A stretch of 35,504 nucleotides of DNA from Octopus bimaculoides (lineage: Eukaryota), in contig NC_068999.1 in the NCBI RefSeq assembly GCF_001194135.2, positions 4,669,346 to 4,704,849 on the forward strand, written 5' to 3'. The notes under the pieces were generated by a model. It worked only from the letters and a program-made list of their open reading frames with translations. It had not been told where the DNA came from and did no database searches. Shown here piece after piece: positions 11,393-22,366 of this stretch (the stretch's first letter is position 1; each line of letters begins with the position of its first letter). The position numbers and the translations under genes are program-made.

Positions 11393-12525
11393 ACGGTGCC
11401 TTTTAACAGAAGTGTTTGAGTGTTGGACAAACTGCCTGGCGGTGCTTCTTTCATCTTTTAACGTTCTGAGTTCAAATTCTGCCGAGGTCAATTTTGTCTT
11501 TTTATCTTTTCGGGGTCGGTAGACTATGTACCAGTCTCGTATTGGGGTCAGCGTAATCGACTAGCCTCTTCGTCTAAAATTGCAGGCTCTGTGCCAAAAT
11601 TTGAAACCATTTTTAGAAACGCAATTGGAAAGGAGAATCGTTTGGGCATCGGTCAAAATATTTAGCTGCATTTCTTCAGGCACTTTACGTTCCGAGTTCA
11701 AATCCTGCCGAAGTCGAACCCCTTTTCATCCTCTCGGGGTCGATAAAATGAAGCACCAGTGAAGTTTTGAAGTTCTGGATCGATGTAAGCGTCTAGGTCC
11801 CATCTTCAGAATTGAAGGCCGTATGCCAAAATTTGTTATTTGCATTATTCATATTAAGGCGGGGAGTTGGCAGAGCACCGTGGTCGACTTTGCCTTTCAT
11901 CCTTTCGGGCTTGATAAATTAAGTACCAGTTGCGTACANNNNNNNNNNNNNNNNNNNNNNNNNNNNNNNNNNNNNNNNNNNNNNNNNNNNNNNNNNNNNN
12001 NNNNNNNNNNNNNNNNNNNNNNNNNNNNNNNNNNNNNNNNNNNNNNNNNNNNNNNNNNNNNNNNNNNNNNNNNNNNNNNNNNNNNNNNNNNNNNNNNNNN
12101 NNNNNNNNNNNNNNNNNNNNNNNNNNNNNNNNNNNNNNNNNNNNNTTTACGTTCTGAGTTCAAATTCCGCCGAGGTCAACTTTACCTTCCATCTTTTCGA
12201 GGTCGATAAAATAAGAACCAATTGTGTACCGGGGGTGTCGATGTCATCGACTAGTTCCCCCACCCCCACCCATCAAATTTCAGGCCCTTGTACCTATAGC
12301 AGAAAGTATTATTAAGGCAATGAAAGGCGGCGAGCTGGCAGAATCGTTAGCACGCCGAGCGAAATGCTTAGCGGTATTTCGTCTGTCTTTACGTTCTGAG
12401 TTCAAATTCCCCCGAGGTCGACTTTGCCTTTCATCCTTTCGGGCTTGATAAATTAAGTACCAGTTGCGTACAGGGTCCGATCTAATCTACTGCCCCGTCT
12501 TGTGCCTTGAGTAGAAAAGAATATC
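11393..12525 (+). mobile_element. Head-to-tail cluster of at least five SINE family B copies
   Basis: Units at ~11393-11610, ~11625-11850, 11856-11938 (internally deleted, runs into gap), 12146-12313 and 12325-12525. Each carries parts of GAGTTCAAAT/GGTCGACTTTGCCTTTCATCC/GATAAA..AAGTACCAG. Confidence 0.9.
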
Positions 12526-13477
12526 TACTCAGTTGCCTTTGTATTTTCTGATCCTCCACCAACTGAGTCCTATCCAGTCATCTTGTGCATACTGTGTCTA
12601 TCTATCTACCTAGTCGACATCTACACACAGTATCTGTCTATCCTTTCACTATCTACATCCTGTATTATGTCTATACAACTAATCAACACTTCCTAATTGT
12701 AGGCGGCATTTCAACTTACAAAAGGAAACCGACTTCGAGATAAAACTGAAAGCCACGTGAACATGTTAACAACCATTGTAGTTATTGAATTCTGAACACT
12801 TTTGCAGCAAAAGAAAGAGGGGGAGGAGGAGGAGGAAATACGAATCAATAGTGTCCTCATCGATATCAAATCACCTATTTTATTTATTCATCTTCTTCAG
12901 TCTTCTTCATATTCTTCCAATTCGAGCAACTTCCACCTCCACTTTCTCTTTTGCGAAGACATACATTGTACTCGTACCACATTTCTAACACTGAAGCCCC
13001 CACTCGAACCCACCTCCTCTCTGTTTGAAATTCAAAGCAGAACTATCGGCGAACAACAATCACGTGTGTAAAATCTTCAAAGGTGATTTTTAACTTGCCG
13101 TCATCTTTAGAATTTTACTGCTCTATGATTAGATTTTGGTTTTTTGACCCACATTGGTGGAGGAAGACAGTTTGATGATACCGTGTGTGTGTGTGTGTAT
13201 GTTTGTGTCTATATATTTGTGTGTGATGTATCTATATGTATACTGCATGTATGAATGCATATATCTGAATGTTAGTGCCTATATGCGTGTGTGTATATGT
13301 GTGTGTATATGTGTGTGTGTATGCTTTCTTCCTTCAATTCTAGCCCAATCCTACAAAACTATTTTTACGTCTACATTCTTTTTCTTCTCTTCCTCTCTTT
13401 ATCTTTTACTCTCTTTCTCCCTCTCTCCGTTTCTTTCTCTCTCTTTCACTTCCTCTCCCCCATCCCCCTCCCTCTTC

Positions 13478-13480
<3 letters not shown>

Positions 13481-13520
<40 letters not shown>
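13481..13520. repeat. (CT)n microsatellite within a pyrimidine-rich tract
   Basis: Pure CT run. Confidence 0.95.
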
Positions 13521-13523
<3 letters not shown>

Positions 13524-13674
13524 ACTTTCTCTCATAATTCTATTGTTTCCCCTATATTTTGGTCGCCTTAGTTTCATTCGCCCCTACATTCTTAATTATC
13601 TTATATTTTAAATTTTACTTTTGTTTTACGGTTCGAATGGTAATTTTGGAACCGACATTTACCTATCACTACCG

Positions 13675-13806
13675 TCACCATCCTCCTCCTCCTCCTCCTC
13701 CTCATCATCATCATCATCATCACTACCATCATTATCATGATCACAACCACTATCATCCTCACCACCATCACCTCTATTATTATCATCATCATCACTATAA
13801 TCATCG

Positions 13807-13860
<54 letters not shown>

Positions 13861-13905
13861 CTATAATCATCGTCATCATCATCATCATCACCACAATCTT
13901 CACTA
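13675..13905. repeat. (TCC)n/(CAT)n compound microsatellite
   Basis: Explains the poly-His/Asp/Met/Ile ORFs. Confidence 0.9.
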
Positions 13906-14350
13906 TCATTAGCATTCCCCCCACTTTCTCGTCTTTCATCCCCACGTAGCCCATACTGCATCCACCCCACCTCACATCCCACACTGACGTTTACTCCACA
14001 GTTCTTCAAAAAATCCTAACTCACAGGTGCGCGCGTGCGCCGAAAATTCCCTCTTCCCTGCACTGCCGGTAGTTAAAGGAACGTCAACCACCTTGATCAT
14101 CTCGATATCGTGGAACGTGTGATAGCCATGGATATTATTTCGCCTTTCTGGAACTCACTTCTATCCTTTTGTTTACGACTCGTTCAAGATATTCATTCAT
14201 TCAAGCTTTCTGTTAGTCAACATCTTTTGAATATGTGGACCCTTTTCATTCTTTGCAGTCCCTTACGCTACGGTGGTCTCAAGCCGTGTTTCGGACAAAA
14301 TCGTATTAAAAATAATAATGAAATACAGATCGAAAGAATAAATATCTTAC

Positions 14351-14421
14351 CTTGAAAATAAATCCCATTTAGTCTGAAAACCTGAATGGCTATTGCGATG
14401 ACACTTTGTCGAGATATAAAC
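14351..14421 (-). CDS. Candidate 71-nt internal exon (FISRQSVIAIAIQVFRLNGIYFQ or VYISTKCHRNSHSGFQTKWDLFS)
   Basis: CTATCTATTTCAG acceptor and CAAG|GTAAGA donor, both near consensus; two of three frames are open. Confidence 0.35.
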
Positions 14422-14835
14422 CTGAAATAGATAGATTAATTAATTAATTAATTAATTAAATAAACATCAATATTTCGAGCAGACTTAAATCAAATACATA
14501 CAGGAGATTGACAATAAGATTGTTTTAGCCGGGAATGGTTAAGGCTGTTATATTCTGAGAATATCGATAGAATCAGTTGTCATATTCGAGACAGCTCAGA
14601 AATATAACTCCAGTTTTTTTATATTACAATTTGACTATCATTAATTAAAGGCCGGGAGCTGGATTATCATCCTTGTTATTATCATGGAACGACCAAAAAC
14701 GTACTAGCTTTTAATGATGCTTCTGTGCACCATTATCACAATATATACTTTCTGGGAAAGCAAAAATGTTGGACAAGATATATATAGGTGAGATCGATCT
14801 ATCGACCTATTCATCTCTTTCTTTCAATATATATG

Positions 14836-14876
<41 letters not shown>

Positions 14877-14936
14877 AATTAAATAGATAGATCGATAGAT
14901 AGATGAATGTATGTTTGTGTATACACATATCTGTAT

Positions 14937-15026
14937 ATGAGCACACAGATATGCTTAAACATGCATCCATGTACATTTGCAATCAGTTAAACATTCTAAC
15001 ACACCACACACACACACACACACACA
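14937..15026 (+). repeat. Copy 1 of an exact 90-bp dispersed duplication
   Basis: Identical to 16257-16346 (offset 1320). Confidence 0.95.
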
Positions 15027-16169
15027 TACACACACATACACACACATTTATATATAATTACATGACTCAGAGAATGTCTTTGTGTGTGAGGCTCTGTGTG
15101 TGTGGGTGTGTGCATGTGGGTGTGTGTGTGTGAGTACTTGCATGTAAAACTGAAAGAGGTGCAACAAAAGAAACGTGAAGATGCAATATCGGAACAACAA
15201 AGCTCGACTAGAGTCTTTGTTATGGCAGCGATTGCAAACGAAGACATTGTCTTTGTGGAGCAGACGATCAGTCGAGGCATTGTGCAGACGACAGTTTCCT
15301 GCAACGTTAATTGGGCGAGCGAATCACGTGGTATAATGATGGCGTCTTATGATAAATGCAGTGAGATTTGATGTCTGTATAAGGTGTAGTATTGTTAGTA
15401 AATGGTTCAATATTAAGCTGATCTGATTACGGCTTTGTTTTCGTTTGTTGCCTTTTTGTGTTGTTTTACGCTGAGGAATGTGTCATTGTAGAAAATTGTC
15501 GACAGATGAAGATTTTTTCTATTCCGTGGCAGCAGTAATAATAACAACAGCAACAACAATAATATCATGCTGTAATACGGACAAAAGCAATCTCTGTTTC
15601 ATTTACAACAGTCACATCAACCGACAAATCGTGAAAATTACCAACAGCAATAGTAAGAAGCCATGCATAATAACTGCGTCGATCATAACAAAAGCATCGA
15701 CATTATTAACTACAATGGATTACACGAGGGAACTTCTACGTTGTCACCAGACTGGCAAAAAAATAGCAGTGAAATCTCCCTCAATTTCCACCGTTTTTGT
15801 TCTGAAAAGAGAGGATATATTAATGTAGTCTCAGATACACAATGCTTAAGTGAAGGTTGTATTAATCGAGACTTGGATGGAGTTGTTTAAAAATAAGTCT
15901 GATTAATCAGAGTTAAGCTGGTGTTGAACAATAAGAGCCACAGCATCAACATCACAACAATACAGATACCACCTCCAGCACCAGAACGATATTAGTACCA
16001 GAAACACCACCACAACAACAACAACCATTGCTACAGTAACATCACCAACCACGTGCACAGTAACGATTTAACTTCGCTGTCACTTGATATGTAGTACTAG
16101 GCTTCGCTAATTGTTTTAGGTGCTTATATAGTCGCGAGCAGACTTAAATACAGTCCTCACCTTGTCCCA

Positions 16170-16260
16170 TGGGAACGTCGAGGGTGTAGCTGTTGGAACA
16201 AGAAAGGGCAACCGACTGGTTCTCATTTGCAGCTGGGTAAACTGAAGCAACGTGAAATGA
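16170..16260 (-). mobile_element. Fragment of a fourth SINE-like family (D)
   Basis: GGTTCTCATTTGCAGCTGGGTAAACTGAAGCAACGTGAAATGA matches an octopus repeat as I recall it, which normally continues AGTGTCTTGC. It is cut at the junction with the duplicated segment. Confidence 0.55.
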
Positions 16261-16323
16261 GCACACAGATATGCTTAAACATGCATCCATGTACATTTGC
16301 AATCAGTTAAACATTCTAACACA

Positions 16324-16346
<23 letters not shown>
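16257..16346 (+). repeat. Copy 2 of the exact 90-bp duplication
   Basis: Line 16261-16320 is character-identical to line 14941-15000. Confidence 0.95.
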
Positions 16347-16365
<19 letters not shown>

Positions 16366-16424
16366 ACACTCCCAATGTTCTTAACCAATAAACCTGTCTC
16401 ATTCTTTCACAACAGCAACAATCC

Positions 16425-16616
16425 TAATAATGGCTTCAAATTTCGGCACAAGGCCAGCAATTTCGGAGCTGAAGGAAAGTCAATAGTATCGGCCCTAGAG
16501 ATCAAGTGGTGTTTATTTTATCGACCCCGAAAGGTTGAAAGGCAAAGCCGACCTCAGCAGAATTTGAACTTAGAACGCAAAGACCGGCGTGTTAACTATT
16601 CTGCTAGCTCGCCGCC
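16425..16616 (-). mobile_element. SINE family B copy
   Basis: Plus strand shows TTTTATCGACCCCGAAAGGTTGAAAGGCAAAGCCGACCTCAGCAGAATTTGAACT and TTCTGCTAGCTCGCCGCC, the reverse complement of the family B core and head. Confidence 0.85.
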
Positions 16617-17899
16617 CTGGCAGCGATACAAATAATAGCCACCTTAACCAACGCCACGACAGCAACGTCATTTATCCCTATAACTTTACGTATACGGCCG
16701 TAATTCTCTTTTAAACTTTAAAATAACTTACTCCATCTCTATTTGTCACTCCGCTGATCTGTGTTGCTACCCACCAAATAATTCATAATTTCATGAACAT
16801 TTGTTGAGCATTTAGCTAGTGAAAAACACCCCGCTAAGAGTAATTATCCGGTACCCCGCAGGGGTACGTTCTTCTCTTAATATCGAGTGTTATTAAATGA
16901 AGACATCTATAGATGTTTTGTTGTTTCTTGTCGTTTTTCTGTTTTTTCTACTTTGTAGACATAATAAATGTCTGCTAAACAGGGACAAACAGACAACATG
17001 ACAGCTTATCAGTATGACAGACAGACAGGCAATATGACATCAAATGTTATTTATGTTTCTTCGTTTTGTTTTTATCATTTGTAAATCTCAGAAATGTCTT
17101 AAAGAGATTAAAAAGAGATTAAAAATGGCGAGGCAGCCATTATTGTAAAGTATTGAATCAGTTGAGAGATGTTTGTGGGGAATTCGGCGGTGAATATAAC
17201 CGAAAGAGAATGAAAGATAGGAGAGAGGAGATTAATGGAAAAGGGGGAAGAGGAGAGACTGGAGCAGATTAGTGAGGGGTGGATTTAAGAGGTGGGAGAG
17301 TTTGAGAGTAAGAAGAAAGTCGAAAGGGGTGTGAAGAGAGAGAGAGAGAGAGAGAGGCGCGGGGAAAGAGACAGAGAGAACAAAATGAGGAAAGTGGAAG
17401 GGGTAGTGGAAAGAAGAGACAGAGGAGGAGGGTGGACAGAAGAGGAGAGGGAGGAGGAAGTAAGAAAGAAGAGAGAAGAGAGATGTGACAGGAAACTGAA
17501 AAATCAAAGAAAATCCGAGAGAAAGACATATGTATACATGCATATACATACCTATACACATACACACACACACATATACATACATACATACATACATACA
17601 TACATGCATACATATGCGTGCGTGTGTGTGTGTTTATATGTATCCATGTATATGCATGCATGTGTGCATTTATGTGTATATATTTGTGTATCAGTGTGTG
17701 TATGTATGCATGTATGTCTGTTCATATATGTATGCTTGTACATCGTATGCCCGTGTGTATGCGCCCACGCCTGTATGTGTATCCATCTGTCTGTATACGT
17801 AAGTATGCTTGTATGTTATAAGTACGTATGTGTAGGCTGAAACATACGAATAGAAGAACTGGCATCGCTATCGCTGTCGTGACCATCACTGCCAACGCC

Positions 17900-19300
17900 A
17901 TCGTACATTAAATACAAACCACCAGGAAAAATTATGGGGTGACTTCAGACAGCCTCCACACGGTTGCCTGATCGGCAAGAAATAACAGTTAAATCTTCCT
18001 CGAATCACAACTTACACACCGTGTACGAAATAGAACATCACGCTGGACAATGTGGTCTTAGATTCCCAGCACATGGGACAAAGATGGGCTGGTCACTATT
18101 GGAATACCTTCGATCATGTCTCTGCTTGATGTGGGTTGATCTGGAGCCAAATAAAAAAACTATGTGATGTTTGTCATGATAGAACGCTTGATCTCTAGAT
18201 TAGTACCTGATCATCGCACTACAGGATCAAGTTGCTACATTGACATCTCATTATATGACCACCCCGGTCCATTACTAACTGGTCACACTTCTACACCTCG
18301 AGGTTTTCTCCATCTTGCAGTCTATCATCAACAACTTGGTTTTATAAAATACAGCACAAATTCGAGGTAAAAAATAAACACAGAGATGGTATTAGTTTCG
18401 CGTAGAGGAAATGGGGGAAAATGGAAAGACATGCCGTTAACATTTCGCGTATTCACTCTTCTTCTGAAAGATAGGAGAGAAATGGAGAGAGAAAAAAAAG
18501 GAATGAGAAGGAAAACTGGAGAAATAAAAATGCACGTATATCCAACCGTCACCACACGGTTAGAAAATATATATCTCACTACATATATCATGACTGTCCG
18601 CCAAAGGACCGTATCAAGAAAACGCACCGTTCTACAATGACGCCCTCCATAAAAGTGGATTTAATGACGAGATAACTTACACCCCTTCTATTGATCCGTG
18701 ACACAAGTGAGGTAACCGATGCAACCGGCCTCGCAAGATGACCTGGTGTTATCCCCGCTACAACAAAGATGTCATGAATTCCATTGCAGGGACTTTCCAT
18801 GATTTCCACAGTAGGGACTTTCTTTTTTGTACGATAGCACTTTCCCCACAGCATTACTACAACAAAATATTTCATGCAAACACAGTTAAACTCTCATATT
18901 CAGCCACCACAGTATCACTAGAGCCAAACATTAAACAAGACACATCCATTAGCCATAATCACACCATACCAAACTTAAACTTGCACACAGGCACGCACGC
19001 ACACTAACAAACTAAAATATGTGCGATTAACATGACTACCCAGCTTCTTTGGAACTTATACGCATGCGCACACAATGCGACCCTGAAGATCTGAGTTCAG
19101 TAAGTATTAATCACTCGCCCTGTGTAACAGATAAGCTTTCTGTAGAGTGTTTTGCTAGTAATAAACATCGGCCCTCTGACAAACACGTGCATTGAGTCCT
19201 CATTTGAACAACGGCCTTCCCATCTACGTATTTGGCATATTCCATTTGTCTCGCTCCATCACTATTCCGCTACATCTCTAGCTCACACAGCTATTTCGCT
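17900..19300 (+). pseudogene. Decayed Penelope-like retroelement (RT, linker, probable GIY-YIG remnant)
   Basis: One frame over 18618-18903 reads ENAPFYNDALHKSGFNDEITY...NRPRKMTWCYPRYNKDV...KIFHANTVKLSYS, matching the PLE RT-endonuclease linker. Weaker upstream matches: TLNTNHQE...CLI, HRDGIS (for YRDDG), ISNRHHTVRK. Downstream: ESSFEQR.SH...SATSLAH. Core is solid; boundaries are approximate. Confidence 0.8.
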
Positions 19301-19713
19301 AGTGGTTCAACAAACACGTCACAAGCAATGTTCTTCATATTTGCCAAAGTTATTTATGCTCAACAGACTTTTCAGCCTTCTTCATCATTCAATTTTGATT
19401 TGTCCTGTCAGAAAGATTAACCCACCATTTAAAATCACAGCGAAAACTGTTTTCAAATGTCTCTTTTACTTAATAAAACAAATTTTACGTTTCTAGATGG
19501 CTGCTCGGCGGAATGGCAGGCCGTAGCTGATGTTCTATTGATGTTGCATGCGTCGGTATATTAACGACGTTGCTGTTAGCATCTCAAATTATTGATCTTG
19601 GCATCACTTGAATAGATTTCATAGTTTCAATAAAGTCTCTGCATAAATTCTTGAAATCTTAAAATCAGAGAATGCCAGAGTTGAGAAATCGCTCAACAGA
19701 AGAGTACCTTATG

Positions 19714-19745
<32 letters not shown>

Positions 19746-20041
19746 CAAATACGTACGTACATACATATATAAATATATGCGTCTATGTATGTTGGTGTCA
19801 AGAGGTGTATGTATGTGTGCCTGTGTGTGTCTGTGTGTGTGTGCGTGCGTATAATAGAAGTCGTATCGCTTGTTGTGATCACTTTGTGACAAAGCTTTTT
19901 CCAGAACAATAACTTACTGATAATATTAAGCGGAAACTGTCAAAATATAAATTGCGGATTCATTTATATTGCTGAGAACAACATGTCCATGGAATTATCT
20001 GTGATTATAATAAATAATATACACTATAGGACGTGACAATG

Positions 20042-20079
<38 letters not shown>

Positions 20080-20239
20080 TATATGCACATAGATACATGA
20101 AATAGATAGGTAGGTAGGTAGGTAGATATATANNNNNNNNNNNNNNNNNNNNNNNNNNNNNNNNNNNNNNNNNNNNNNNNNNNNNNNNNNNNNNNNNNNN
20201 NNNNNNTGTGTGTGTGCAAAAACGTACATATGCACACAT

Positions 20240-20285
20240 GTGCTCCAGCATGGCCGAGGTTCATCGATTGAAACCATTAAAAGAG
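20240..20285 (+). mobile_element. SINE 3' tail fragment (family A right arm type)
   Basis: GTGCTCCAGCATGGCCG...TGAAACCATTAAAAGA, homologous to 32366-32416. Confidence 0.55.
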
Positions 20286-21040
20286 TAAAAAAATATACAT
20301 ATATGCATAAATACATATAGAGAAATCCATATGCATATATATATATACACACACACGCACACACATATATATATACACACATATATGCATATATACAGGT
20401 ACACATACAGTACACACACGCATAGGCGAAATAGACCCACACAAGTATGTGTGATTAAATGTGATGGCTGTCCTATTAAACATTGGAATATATTTACATA
20501 TATTTGTAAGAAAATGTTCTTTAATCTACTATACACGCTTGCACACACGTGCGCACGCGCATACACACACCAAATTCAAAACACACAAACATCTATAATG
20601 GATAGATTGACAATCCAATTCACTTCAGCGTAAATATCAAAATATTTCATTGAAAATAAAATTTTAATCTATGAACACCCATAATTTATGTCGGAGGCAA
20701 TGTGCCAGTTAAACTTCAGCCAAATTTCTTCAGATTGATGCGCTTTTAGTTCCTAAAATATCTCTTTGAAACATCAGTCTGTCTGTACGTGCAACAAACG
20801 TGTTTTTTCCTTCTCTTTCTCTCTCTTTCTCTCTCTTTCTCTCTTTTTTTTTTTCTCAAAGTTGAACAACGTAGAATTGTGTGACTCATTCATACCCGTA
20901 TGTAAATATATCTCCTTCGATAGTTCTTGCCATTCATTTTAAACAACGATAAATATATTTACGAAAAGTCCTTTGAATATTTAAGCGGGAAAAACGAGTG
21001 GTCCTTAACGCGTTCATAAATTTTACATACACACACACAT

Positions 21041-21081
<41 letters not shown>

Positions 21082-21363
21082 NNNNNNNNNNNNNNNNNNN
21101 NNNNNNNNNNNNNNNNNNNNNNNNNNNNNNNNNNNNNNNNNNNNNNNNNNNNNNNNNNNNNNNNNNNNNNNNNNNNNNNNNNNNNNNNNNNNNNNNNNNN
21201 NNNNNNNNNNNNNNNNNNNNNNNNNNNNNNNNNNNNNNNNNNNNNNNNNNNNNNNNNNNNNNNNNNNNNNNNNNNNNNNNNNNNNNNNNNNNNNNNNNNN
21301 NNNNNNNNNNNNNNNNNNNNNNNNNNNNNNNNNNNNNNNNNNNNNNNNNNNNNNNNNNNNNNA

Positions 21364-21637
21364 TACAGAGTGGGTGGAATGTAACTTACGCATTAGAGAT
21401 TGCAAATACAATTTTTATTCTCACTGACGTGATGACGAAAACAATTTTTAAACTGACAACACTAATGGAGGTTTTTATTGTCCGGAAACAATAAAAAGTA
21501 GTCATGCAAAACTGATGACCACAGGCTCCTTGGACGATGCAAGAAGAAGTGACCGTCCAGCCACACGTTTAATGGCAGCCCGCAAAAATCAACACATCAA
21601 GCAGATCGTGAAAGTGGACTAACAAGAAACACAATAC
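21364..21637 (+). mobile_element. Tc1/mariner 5' fragment (TIR plus deleted transposase N-terminus)
   Basis: TA followed by CAGAGTGGGTGGAATGTAACTTACGCATT (TIR-like). Translations KLMTTGSLDDARRSDRPAT and, after a deletion/frameshift, PQKSTHQADRESGLTRNTIR fit the mariner HTH/GRP region. Confidence 0.75.
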
Positions 21638-21746
21638 GTCGGTCCGAGGCTATAGTAGAAAGCAATCATCCTGGTGCCATGCAGTGGGACTGATCTCGGA
21701 ACCATATGGGTGGGAAACAAGCTTCTTACCATATAGCCACGCCTGC
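21638..21746 (-). mobile_element. SINE family A, 3'-truncated
   Basis: CCGAGGCTATAGTAGAA...GTGCCATGCAGTGGGACTG...CAAGCTTCTTACCATATAGCCACGCC. Confidence 0.85.
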
Positions 21747-21755
21747 AAAAATGGG

Positions 21756-21939
21756 TTGTACCTGTATTTCAAAGGGCCGGCCTTGTCACACTCTCTGTCA
21801 CGCTGAATCTCCCTGAGAAGTATGTGAAGGGGTAAGCGTGTCCGTGGAGTGCTCAGCCACTTGCACGTTAATCTCACGAGCAGGCTGTTCTGTTGATAGG
21901 ATCAGCTGGGACCCTCGTCGTCGTAACCGATGGAGTACT
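21756..21939 (+). mobile_element. SINE family C 3' half (or cognate LINE tail)
   Basis: TGTACCTGTATTTCAAAGGGCC...CCCTCGTCGTCGTAACCGATGGAGTAC is the reverse complement of 8631-8810. Confidence 0.85.
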
Positions 21940-22031
21940 CTCAGATTCAGTAATATATTCACACACATATATATATACACACAAACACATGAATGCATGT
22001 AACTACCTTTAAAGAAAAGCTTTTCTCTTTC

Positions 22032-22067
<36 letters not shown>

Positions 22068-22314
22068 TATGAATAATAGATATATATACGGATAACATAG
22101 ATACCTAGTTTTACGTGCATCTACACATATCACACATAAGCATGTACGTACATACAAGCACAAAACACATGCACAAACATATATATATATATATATGCGA
22201 ATTTATATGAATGTGTATGTATTTGTGTACACACACACATATACACATATGCAAATATATATATATATAAACATATATATATATATGTATATATAGGCTT
22301 ATAACTATATATAC

Positions 22315-22365
<51 letters not shown>

Positions 22366-22366
22366 N

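Noticed and set aside
15140-15371. Higher-complexity island with open frames on both strands
   Set aside because: No recognisable motif or convincing splice pair; worth a BLASTX but unsupported.
14476-16149. 15-mer CGAGCAGACTTAAAT at 14476 and 16135
   Set aside because: One such match is not unexpected in ~25 kb of AT-rich sequence.
16732-16815. 84-nt minus-strand segment with TTTTTCACTAG acceptor and GTAAGT donor
   Set aside because: All frames closed; no supporting evidence.
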